NCBI GenBank assembly: GCA_002269645.1
Contig: NIVC01000896.1
Span: 62,001 to 126,000, forward strand
From: Macrostomum lignano
Lineage: Eukaryota
Length of the DNA stretch: 64,000 nt
Reading direction: 5' to 3'
Position 1 is the stretch's first letter. Each line of letters starts with the position of its first letter. Under the pieces are notes generated by a model, which ran no database searches, was not told the DNA's origin, and was given only the letters and a program-made list of their open reading frames with translations. The translations under genes and the position numbers were made by a program. This document shows, piece by piece, positions 33,861-46,400 of this stretch.

Positions 33861-34438
33861 TGCCGATTTATTTTATGTGTTCACTTTTTCTCGAATTTTA
33901 AGCCCGAACTTGGGGCTTGATGAGCCTTTATTATTTTCTTTACGTCAACATAAAGGCACGCTCAGGCAGCAATAAAATAAAAAATCTTTAAAATTTTTTG
34001 ATTAACATAAATGACAAGTACTTTACCAATAAAAAAAACCAAACAAGTGTTTGCTACAATTTAACTCGTTGAATACAAAAAGCACAAGTTTTCTAAGCAC
34101 TGCAGAGTACAAATATAACCTAAAAAATTTCCAATCACGAGCTAAAGTTAAATATTGCAAGGACGCAAGTTTTAACCTTTTTTTAACAAATCTTCAAGAT
34201 TTTGGTTCGCTCGCACGCACTATTAAAAATAAAGGACAAGTGTTAAATGCACTTTTACTCTTTTTTCTTTCCAAACAATTTATTTTAAACTGTTCTGTAT
34301 GGTACATGCTATGAACTTTCAGACCGTATTTAAATCATAACTTTATTACGCACGTTGCAGTGACCTCCAGCTATTTAATTTTAGTCAAGTCAACTGTAGG
34401 TTAACAGTTGCACTTCAATTTAAATTTAACCATGTAAT

Positions 34439-37400
34439 ATGATTTTCATTTATTTTTGGAGCCTTTCCCTGTGGCTTCTGGCCATTCAGCCGTCAGCTGG
34501 ATTAGATGGTATGTTACCATTTCTGTTTTTAGCTTAAGTCCTTTATGAATTACTGAGATATTAAGCGGGTACTAAGCGGGTAGCCTTGCTATTCTAAGAT
34601 TGCATTGAAAAAAGAAAACTATTTCTTTTAGAAAAAATATTTCTTTTCAGTCAATAATACAAAAAAATAAATTTAGAGAAAGGAAAACAAATAAATTTTC
34701 TTTCAGAAGGCAGCAAAAAACTCAACTTGAGTTTGATAATAAAAAATGGAATCTTGATTTAGCACGAAGTTGAAAAATAAAAGAAAAATATTTTAGTTCA
34801 AGCTAAGACTTTAATGTTAAGATAATCGAAAAATAAACATTTTTATTGCTTTTCAGAGCATAACGAAATTCAACTGCATGTCATTTAAATATTCTCAGAT
34901 GCTAAATAGAATAAATTTAGTCGTGAAGACTGAATGCTATTCATTGAAACTTGAGTGCCTGTTATATTTAAAAATACATAAGGAATATTAAAAATAAAGC
35001 TATGTGTAACACATATTGAAATTTGAATTATATTAAACATTAATTCAATATTCAATCCAGAAGTCCTATATACTGTACTAAACACTGGAATAGTACTGTA
35101 AAAACTAAATTATCATCTTATTCAAAAGTAAATTATTATTTATTAAGTAACTACTCCGATTTTTTTCCGATCTTTCAGTATCCTTCTACGGCGAAAGTTA
35201 CATGAGCGTTAAGCTCCTGGACCGCAGCGCGTACACACGCGTGATGCTGCAGTTTATGTCGCAGCAGGAGAATGGCACTCTGCTAGCAGCGTACGGCAAC
35301 ATTGGCTTCCTGCTAATTGAACTAGTCCGAGGCGAGCTGCATGTCAGTCTGCACACGGGGGCGGGGGCCGGCACTCCGCTTCTGGTTAGCAGGCAGAAAC
35401 GTCTCAACGATCGTCAGTGGCACTCGGTGACCTTCAACAAGCAGGGCAGCGAGCTGTTGCTCCACGTGGACTCACTGACTACTAATGGCTTAGCAACTGC
35501 TCCGTATGCTGAGCTGAGCATTCACAGCATCTGTCTGGGCGGCGTTCCAACCGGTGATCCTAGCTTGCATTCCTACTTGGCTGCTAAAGCGACTTATTTC
35601 CGCGGCTGCCTCCGGCACGTTAAGTTCAACAGGTACGAAATATTCAACGTGACGAGCAACCTGTTGGATAGTGAAGCAGTCGCGCACAAGACCGGCTGGT
35701 CCTGCGCGGCGGAATTTCAAGCTTTGCCAACGGACGCATTCAGCTTTCAGCAGGCCGCACAAGGCAGCAGTTATGCAATCTTTAGACCACCGAGCGAGTT
35801 TCTGGCGGATCGATTTAACGTGTCGTTTCAATTGAAAACTCGAAGCAACCGGGGCGTGATCCTGTTTACCTCTTCAGACCGAGTGCGAGCTTACTTTTAC
35901 ATGGAGCTAACTAACTATGGACTGCTGCGACTGGTTGTGAAGTCCTTGAATAGCGGTTCGCCAGTGCAAATGCACTTTGCCACTCGACGATTTAACGATG
36001 GCCGTTGGCATGTAATTAATGTATCCCTGTTGGAGAGACAGATCCTGTTCACAGTCGATGGATTTATTGAAAGAAAGTACCTGGATGTGGATTTGGCTAT
36101 GCAGCTAAAAGATTTCATATCATTTGGTGGAGTCAGTTTTTATGAGGAACCGTTTGCGCATCTTTTGTTTCCAAGCCGCAGCGGCTTAGCAATCGAAGGC
36201 TGCTTGCGGGATATACAATTGAACTCCCGGCTACCGCTGAACTTCGATAATGTTCAGGTGACGCATAATTTAAAGGCGAAGTGCCAGTGGCCATATCCGT
36301 GCACTGATGATCCGTGCATACCCGGGGCGCAGTGCGAAGAACTTAACCGTCTCGATTTCGTGTGCCGATGTGCGTACAATGATGAGCGCTTGTGCAGAAA
36401 GGCTCCCGGTACCGTGGAGACAGATCACAGCGAGTACTTCATCGTGTCGACTGTGAACCTTCGCGAAGGCGGCCAAGTAACCCTTACAGAGCGACACATT
36501 CGCTTTTTGTTTGACTTTGCACAGCACGGTCTAGAGGCTGGTCAGGTGCTATTTACAGTACGGACACGACCCAGACGCGGTCGCTTGCAAGTGAACGTCG
36601 AGAACAGAAGAGAAAAAGATCAGTTTACTCTGGCTGACTTGCAGCAGGGCCGAGTTGTGTACATTCACGACGGCTCCGAAGAGATAACTGACAATGCAGA
36701 GATTGTGGTGCAGCTCAAGGCACCGCTGGAGCGTCTCCCGCCCGAATTTCGTTACACTGAAATCGACGATGCCAAAGGATTTGATTTGAACTTTTATGTC
36801 GCTCCTGAGAATGACCGACCAATAGCTAAATTTCCATCAGGAGTGCGACTCGGCGTGCTTAGAAACGATAGACTGCTGATCACGCGGAGCCACTTGACTG
36901 TTCAAGACGGTGACAACAGGCCAGAAGAGCTTCGCTGGAACGTGCGGTACACCACCGGTACAGCTGGTGGACATTTTGTGAAGCGCAGCGTCAGCAGAGA
37001 TCCACTGTTCAACTTCACTCATTTAGACGTTCAAGATCGTCGGATAGAGTTCCACAATTTTGGGGCGCCAAATGTTCGCGTCCTTATCAGCGTCTCGGAT
37101 GGTCGCGAAGCTTCCCCAGAATTTAGTTTGGAGTTTGAAGTGATAGATCTAAACATAACTGTTTTAGTTAACACGGGCCTCTGGCTTTCTGCTGATTCCA
37201 GTGGGAATATCACGTCGCGAAATTTGCTGGCCTGGTGCAACTTGGCTACTCAGGGAGCGCCAATTGATTTGCGGTACAAATTGCTCACGGAGCCCAGAGT
37301 TGGACATGTGTTTGTCTGTAGATCTGACGGTTGTCTTAAAGTGAACAGCTTCACCCAGTCCGATGTCAACGCCAGCCGCGTCCAGTTTCGAGTTCCCATC

Positions 37401-40400
37401 GAGGCATCCGCATCGACAAGAGACGGATTTGAGTTCGATATTTGTCTATTGAATGGCAGATGCGTCAGTAAACGGTTTACGTTTGAAATTCACTTTATAT
37501 TGTCGGCACCCAGGATCACTCCACTGGTCAACCGAGTACTTGAATTGTATGGACCTGATGAAACCTATCTTCCAGTGACCAAGAGCCATTTAAGATTTGC
37601 TGCTAGTGTCAGCGCAGCCTCAGGTGACCTACCCTCAAATATAGTTCGATACATCATGCAATCAACTTTGCATCACGGACAATTGGTTCGCTCGCTCGAT
37701 CAAACAGCTCTTGGAGCTGGTTCGATTTTCACTCAATTCGATATTGACATCCGCTCGATTTACTACAACTACACGGCAAGTCGGGAAGAGACAAGAAATG
37801 ATTCTTTTTCGTTCACAATCGAAGCTCTGCAAGCAACATCGGGCCCGTACTACTTTAGCACCATCTATCGCCCCACTCGATCATTAGCTGCCGGGCCTCG
37901 ACTGATCAATAACGGCTTGGCAGGAATCACTGAGGGTGGACGGGGGGTAATTTCAAGCCAGAAGCTGTCAGTGCAGATTCCATCAGCTGTTGGATCTTCC
38001 TACAGTCTTGTGGTGGTTAAGCGACCTCGTCACGGTGCCCTGCACCTGATCAATGCTCGGGAAGAGATTGTGCAGCGAGACGTCACCACTATTTCCAGTC
38101 AGAACTTGGATGACGGCTTAGTCATCTATGAGCACGGCGATTCGGAAAATGCTAACGACTGGTTTGAATTCGAATTTCGGCTAGGCAGCAGCTCGCCAGA
38201 GAATGAGTTTTGGCGAACTTCGTCCAGTTTTAATGGCCGATTTAACATCAGCATCCAGTTAATGAATGACAATGCACCAATCCGTGTGGGCAGAAATGTT
38301 CTACAAGTGGCCACTCGACAGCGCAGGCTTGTCACACAGGATGTGATTTCGTTTAAGGACGCAGACACAGGTTCTGACCCTCACGAGGTTGTCTTTCACT
38401 TTGTAGACGAACAAATGAAATTGGGTTATTTCCTTGATTCTAGCCGGAGTGTAAAAATAACTTCGTTTGCCCAAAAACAGATTTTAATGAAGCAGATCTA
38501 CTTTGTTCATTCTCCGATTCCGAGTTTTGGCTCAGTTTCGCAGCAGGCGCTCCAGTTTACTGTGGACGATGGCAAGCGTCGGCCGGCAACGAGACTCTGA
38601 TAGTGAATGTCTCCAGGCCATTCGTTAAACTAGAATCCGACGAATTCCAGGCTTCATTTGGTGGCCCAAGTGTTCTAACATTTTCTCTACTATCAAACCT
38701 CGATCTTGAGCCTAGAAATATGCATTTTACAGTTTCGGCGGCTCCTAGCCATGGCCAACTGCTCTACCAGGTGGATAGCAGACCGTTAGGCTCAAACATT
38801 ACCTACCAAGACATTATTGATGGCAAAATTCTGTATCAGCACAATGGGAAAACACATGAAACAGACCATTTGTCGTTGAGACTTGCCTACAGCAACGAGC
38901 ACTTGTTTATTAGAGAAAGCTTAGTGCTTCGCATAGTTGTGACTGGCGAGCAGAAAAGTCTCGTTGTTAGGCGAAATCAGCCGTTGAGGGTGCTGCAGCA
39001 TTCTGAGTCGCCTGTTAGTGAGACTTCAATCCTGATTGTATCGTCTAAGGCCCCACCTAATCGAGTTGTGTACACTGTGGCGCAGAAACCGCTGTACGGT
39101 CGCGTGGTTGATTCAAAAGAGACCTCTGTGCAGCAGTTCAGCCAGCAGGACCTCATCGATAACCGGATTCGATACAAGCATGACTCCTTAGCCATCCAGA
39201 TGGGCTCCAATCGAGTAACGACCGATTATGTTGGACTGACGGTTACTGATGGCTACTCGAGTATTGCTGATTTGCGACTACAAGTGTCCATTGTTGCTTT
39301 GAAGATTAACCTTATCGTGGTGAGTTAATTTTACAAACTGACACGCTTGGCCTCTTGGTCTTAATCAGACAGTATTCGCAGGATTTGGTAATTAGAGAAG
39401 AACCGTTTCAGAATTTAGAAAAACTCCCTAGCAATTTTGTTTTGTGTTGCCGAAAGAAAAATTTTCTGCTTTATCTCTACTTTGCGGGCGAAGAACTTGA
39501 CGCCCGATCTTACGGCTAAGACCTGCCACCCGCTGTGAAAGATTTCGGCACCTCTAAGCCTTCGTTTCTTAGCTTAAAAAGGCCTGTCGGGTTTATTCCG
39601 ATCCAGAATCTTGATTACATTCGAGCCTCGAGTTTTGTTAATAACTTGTCGGCGACTGCGGTTGAACTGGCTGGGATCGAGGCTCCCGAGCTGGAATGAG
39701 TCACTCTGGCCTTCTGCATTCTAAAAATCAACATCAGGCCTTGCCAGCCTCTCCTACACCTAGGGTACTCCGAGGCTTTGGCGCCAGATTGCATCATCCG
39801 ATTCCCCTTGCAAGCAGCAGATTTTGTTTTCGAAAGAAAACGAAACTTTCCCACCTCCACCGTGCATTTTCGACACTTCGCAGACCCCCCGCAGACGGTC
39901 GGGGAAGACTAGGGGGGAGGGGGGCAACTGTCACGGGACCGTTCAGGTTTTAAACCTCAGTGGGAAGAAACGTGGTTGTTCTGTCTAAATCCAGACGGAT
40001 GGACAGACAGCCAGACAGCGTCCTAACGCAGGTTGGACTGATCTACAGGTAGTCTGATCGTTCATATTCATTACCTATCCGATAGTTGTAGCCTTTCATC
40101 TACGCATAATGTTATTTTTAAGGATTGGAGTGCCAGCTGACAGATGCAGTATTCCACGCGGAGACTAATATACGTTTTCCGCTCAGAAGCCGGATGTGCC
40201 TCCTTCATCATATCTGCCCTCCTCCTTGCACGCGAGGCAACCTTGGAAGGTACCTGCTGCCTAAGAGCGTGTGGAGTCTGATACTGCACTGGTGGGTGGT
40301 CTATACGGCCAGGTTTGGGTGGCTGAGAGACGCTGAAAGTGGGCAAGTCCCCCGGGATCCTTCATCGAATTGCCTTTTTAGTATCATCCCAAGAGAAGGA

Positions 40401-43400
40401 AGAGTGTGGATTCGCTGGGCTAGGATTGAAGTGAAGAAATTTTCCTGATGCTGGTGAACTTTGGTCAGGAACACCATGTGTGGTACATCTGACTATGCAT
40501 AGATACACGAGATATGCATATAAGGCATGCGGCTAGTTGCAGCAAACAGTTCCGCTGTTCTTCCCTTCAAACTGCAAGACCTCGGCCTCATTTCGTGGGC
40601 TCCCCAAAATGCTGTGTTCTGTTCTTTGCTCCTTTTCAACTGCCCAGATTTAGCCTTTTTTGCATCCGCATATCAGCGAAGTGTTCCCGGCCCCACCCCA
40701 AGAAAGTGGCTCCCCTCCTGACTTGTCCCAGCCCGTGTCCCCCGCTTTGACCGAGAAAGTGCCCGGTAGTCCCAGAATAGAACATACGGTGGGTCACACA
40801 GCTGCTGAAGAACACTGCAGTGTGTTCCAGCTGACGCAATGTTATCTTCTAATGACCATCTGTACCTTCCCAGCGATAGATCGACCTTTGTCTGATAGAA
40901 ATCGGCAATTGCGGATAGTCAAGTTGTTGACCTCTGCTGCTGTATCCCGAAAACTCGAGCCGGTAAAAAGTTAAGGTTAGATAGGCATAAACTCTGACTA
41001 CAGCAATTACTGAAGACACCTGATGTGACCCCTAGCGAAAACAGTGACCTTTTATTAAAGAGAAAACGTGACAGATGCATTCAATGCTAGAGGAGGCAAG
41101 TTGCTTTACTATTGGCAGAAGTAGGCATGAAGTGAAGTGGCTCGGGGGGGGGGGTGCAATCTCGCCAGCACCAACAGCTGACTGCATCCATTTTGGATTG
41201 CGCCAATCCCATTCTCTTGCTGAATCCCAAGGTTCTTCATTCTTCTTTCTTCTTTTTCTTCGCTGGAAAGCTCTTACAGGAAGAGGCGGAATCCTCCAAA
41301 TGACTTTCATACCTGTAGCGTGAAAGTTCCCAAATCACTAATTTTTTTGTCCGCCTCACCTGGTACCCATTCCATCTTTGAAGGAATTTTCACACCATAG
41401 CACTGGATGATCTTGATGCTCCTCTTGAGGTTTCTTCGGGACCAGCCCCGGGCTAAAACTTTGCCAAGGTCAGGGAACTGGGCAAGTCAATCATTAAGAC
41501 AGCAGCACTTGTGTTCTGAGAAAAAACTCCAATCGAAGCCGATGTAAAAATATAGGGGACAAGATTTGGACGATGCACGCGCCAACTAAAAAGTAGGATG
41601 CTAAATTAAGAATCGAAAACTAGTATTTTGGGAACGGACGCTCTGAGGCGGCCGCGATGACGAGAAGTGTTCAGGGCTGAAGAGCATAAAAGTAGCCCCC
41701 TCACCCAGTGGCTAGGAATCTGCCCATTTCTTTAACAGACAGACAAGACATCAAGCAAGCGATTTGCAAAGTTTGGGGCCTGGATGAGCCACTGATTGAA
41801 TGCGGCAGACAGTGGGGAGGGAATGCGAATAGAATTGCAGCTCTGGTGCGCGGGGCTTCCAGACTGGCCGAAGGAACCGAAGCAAAAAGTGGCCGGTAGT
41901 TAGTCGGGCGCCGGGTGACCAATTTTAGAGAGATCGAGTGAGGGAGAGGGAGAAGGAGGGGAGAAAGGGCCACAGGCAGAGAAATGCGAACGAGAACGAT
42001 TAACAAATTGCCCTCACCAAGCAACTAGGAGGGTAGAGACTCCCCAGTCCCTGCCAGTCGTCATTCCTTGGAATTCGTGGACCTCAGAAGCCGCAGGTGT
42101 CAGGCAGTGCGGCTTCCCCAGTTCCGGGCACGACGGGAGGGGGAGCTGGCAGATTTATGGGCACGCTGGGGTCAGCTTTTTGGGACAACCAACTTACACC
42201 CCACCCCACCCTGTTTTCCAAAGCATTCATTTTCTCGTCCTTATTGGTAAAATCTCGTTTCATTTACGAGGCCCAGCATTTACGACGATTTTTCTGGCTC
42301 CCATTTGTTTCCTGCTGTGTCGATAAAATTACCGCTTAAGCCCACCAGATTATCCAGTCCAAAAGCACCCTTCGACTAGAATAGGGAGCTGGTTTTATGC
42401 CTGTCTGTCTGACTGAATGACTGAATGGCAGAACATGTTAAAAGTAGATTTATCTGTTCGTGCCATTTTTCGTCAAAGTTAGTACCCCGTGAAAGCCGGT
42501 GAATTAAAGAAGGTGCCGTCTTGATCTCTGCAGATGAGATTTAGATTCTCTTTCTACGATGACCAATAATTGCTGCCGTTTTTAGACGTTTTGTACTTTT
42601 AGTAGTCTTTTTTAGCCTCATCTTTGTGCATTTGACTGTGAATATAACTCGTTAAGCATGTGTATTTTAAACCGTTTTAAACCCCTTTCAGCGTCATGAT
42701 CAAGTAATTCATCGATTTCAACAAATTAATCGAATTTCAGAATCGTAACCTGACCGGCTCCTTGGGCAGCAAACTGTTTATCGACTCGTCCGATGTGCAG
42801 GTGAACTTTGATCCGCCAGATCACGTGACCCGTCTGGAGATGCAGCGATTGAAAATATTTGTGACAGTTCCACCAGTGAGGGGAAAAATTGTTCGTGACG
42901 AGTGAGTGATACTTGATTTTGTTGTTCTAAAAAAGTACGCTTGGTACATGTTCTGCTTCTTTTATAAGCTCAAATTTCTAAAAAGCAGGTTTGCAGACTC
43001 CGCTGACAGAGGCAGCATTGGCTCATTCAACTTTGACGATTTGAACTCGCAGAAAATTGTTTATCTATACCACGACGACATGACCGGCTGGGACCAGTTT
43101 GAGGTCAGTTTAACTTGCTTTTGTTTCAGTGTACATTCAAGAAGTCAAGAAAGTCAAGAAAGTCAAAAATTCAAACATTTTTCATTCCGTTGGAGGGTCA
43201 GTAGGGTGCGAAACTTCAGTATGAGAAAAAACTGTTGCACTAAGCTACCAAATTTCGCACATAAGGTTTTATTGGCAGTTGTAAAGAAATACAAAGCAAT
43301 GCTTTTTCTATACGGCTTCACAAAGTCCTTGTAAATGTTTACAACATCCTTGAGCTGTTTTGTATAGAGTTTAACGTATGTTTTAACATTGGGACAGAGG

Positions 43401-46400
43401 AAAATGGTTCATAACTTTTCTAAATTCTTTTCTGCGTTTCCAAAGTGGCAAGACAGGGCGGTGCTAAAAATAGGAAAGTACAAATGCATACTGAGAGCTC
43501 ACCGCTTTGGCTGCAAGATCAAAGGCCGTTAACGATGCAGCAGATCATTGCACTCGAAGCCGAGAAACTCGAAGCAAATATTGGCACAGAGAAATCTAAT
43601 TCCCGATGTTTAGTTGCCAACTTCGCTGGAGTCAGCATGAACTTGTTGCTTAACTGCGGCATAAATAACTACGAGTAGGTTATGGTGCAGTAGATTGGGC
43701 CTTTCGCTAATTTTAAGACAGACAGACAGGCCTACAGAACTAACAGAGCAGACAGAACAGAACAGGACCGAAAAGACAGACAGAGCAGGACAGGACAGAA
43801 AAGTCAGACACAGCCAGTCAGTCAGCCAGAAGGACACTATATAGGTCAGGAAGACACTAAAACCCGAAGAGATACCGACACTAAGAACTGAAGACACTAG
43901 GACGGACAAAGAGTCTAAGGCACTAGGACCCTGAGACACTACGACACAAAAATCCTATGACCCTAAGACACTAGGAAAGGCACTGAGACACCAAGACCCT
44001 AAGACCCGAAAACCCTAAGACACTAGGAAAGGCACTGAGACACCAAGACCCTAAGACCCTAAGACACTAGGAAAGGCACTGAGACACCAAGACCCTAAGA
44101 CCCGAAAACCCTAAGACACTAGGAAAGGCACTGAGACACCAAGACCCTAAGACCCTAAGACACTAGGAAAGGCACTGAGACACCAAGACCCTAAGACCCT
44201 AAGACACTAGGAAAGGCACTGAGACACCAAGACCCTAAGACCCTAAGACACTAGGAAAGGCACTGAGACACCAAGACCCTAAGACCCTAAGACACTAGGA
44301 AAGGCACTGAGACACCAAGACCCTAAGACCCTAAGACACTAGGAAAGGCACTGAGACACCAAGACCCTAAGACCCGAAAACCCTAAGACACTAGGAAAGG
44401 CACTGAGACACCAAGACCATAAGACCCTAAGACATTAGGACGTTACGCCGCTAGGAAAGTCAAACAGACAGGCAGAATAGACTTTCAGAATCGGACAAGT
44501 CTAAATCCGGGCAGACAGCCATAGCTGCATCAAAGTATGTTGCATTCTGAAAAAAATGTTTTTGTCAGCATCTTAAAGACCAGAAGATTCCATGTAGAAC
44601 GAGTTTAAAGCTGAAACAAATAAAGTTAACTGCTTAACACCAACGCAAGTTGAAACTGAAGCTCTGCATTTGAAATCTGCAGACTGTAAGCAAAGAAGGC
44701 GTTGCTTCTAGGGGCAGAAACACTGTAGGTGACTTGGGTGGGGGACGGACACGTGGGTGGCGGTCCTTTTTTGTCTATGTTGGCGAAGATTTTGACTGAA
44801 GTCAGACAACTGCTGCCCCTCCTAGAAGCTGCCTCATCCACTCTTCTAGAGGGCATGAAGCCCAGCCGATTGTTTCTGGTAGTTCAATAAGTCTGCAGTA
44901 GCAGAAGCGAGCGGCTTCACAAAAAAGTGGAACAATCTGCCAAGGTTTCCTCTATTGCCATAGCTGCGACACCAGCTTTTCCGAATTAAGGAATTCGAAA
45001 TTCCAATAGGGCCGGCCACCCGAATAAAAACTTTTTCTGTCGGCTAGAAGGCTGTAGGGTTAGAATTTGTACTATAGGTGCAAATCTGACACCGCGGTAT
45101 CTTTAAATTTTAGCGAAATGAAATTCCTTCTGCCTGTCTATGCTGCTGGACTTCTGCAGAAACGAATTTATGCTTCAATACAAGTTCCCAGTGTCCATAG
45201 AAAGAAGTGAAAGTATATTGAAGCATTAGGACAGGATGGCCATGAGGTTTCAAGTGATTTAATGAAGACAACAATTTTAGGGCTAAATTTAGACTGACTG
45301 CTTTACAGATGGTATGTGGGGAGAGATCTTTACGGAGAGATTCGAAAAGCATTTTCCGCAAGACACACATTCCCAAGGTTGAAGAGTTATAAAATTTTTC
45401 TAAAAATGGAGATTAAACTGAATGGAAACATGTGTGATTGCATTAAAGCACCTGTTTCCGACGCACCTGAGCACCGAATGCAAGATGCAGTTTTCGAGTC
45501 TCAACTACAGCTTCAATCCTCGTAAACTTTCCATCAATCTTTTCTGGCGATAAGTCGGTGAAAGCTTCTGAGGGAATCGGAAGGTTTACAGCTTCTTGGG
45601 GCGGATGGGGGGCAGATGAAGGATTCTGTTTACACGGAAATCCTCTGCAGCAACAACACTCTTGGTGCGAAATCTGGAATGTCAGGCTGGAGATCAAGAC
45701 AGGAAATCAGCTGATTCAATTATTTGTTTTGCTTGTAGCGATTAGCCATCGCTTTAGTGGTTAAGAAGTGGCAGAAAAAATGCAAAACTCCACTGTTTGC
45801 TTACTGAATGTCTTTAGGAAATAGAACATTGCGCAACATAGCGCCAATACAAAACGGAAACAGGTGTGCAATGAATTCTTGGTTAAGCGCAGTAAGCAAT
45901 ATTTTTCGCTACTTACTACCCCTGCCTTAGGCGTTAGTGCATTGGCTGTGTCAGTATCAGATCAATTTCAGATTTGATTGGATTTTTTACGAGTATGGTA
46001 ACGGAACAAGATGTTCCATGCAAACATCTGTCTCTTTCACCTACCTTTCTAGCTCACTATTGACCTAATCTACGAGAATCTTAGAATTAGTTAGATAAGG
46101 TTTTACCCTATTAGTTTTACCGTTAGCTAGTCAAGTAGACTTTGATAATCCAAGTTCCAATTACTTCCAAGATTTTGTTTATCTTCTCTGTAAAACATTG
46201 GTCAAACCAATTTATCTGCGTAGTTGTGATCAGCCTGCAGCTACCAAATCGATTTGCTGTCAGATTTTCATTCCTGTTCCCACAGCTACAGGCTTCAGCA
46301 CTGGCTTGGGATTTTTTCGGGAAGAAGAAATTTCCTTCAAGTGGATGGCTGCTTCTTGAACAGATAAAGAATTAAGACGGTTTTTGCGATGCAGCGTAAT

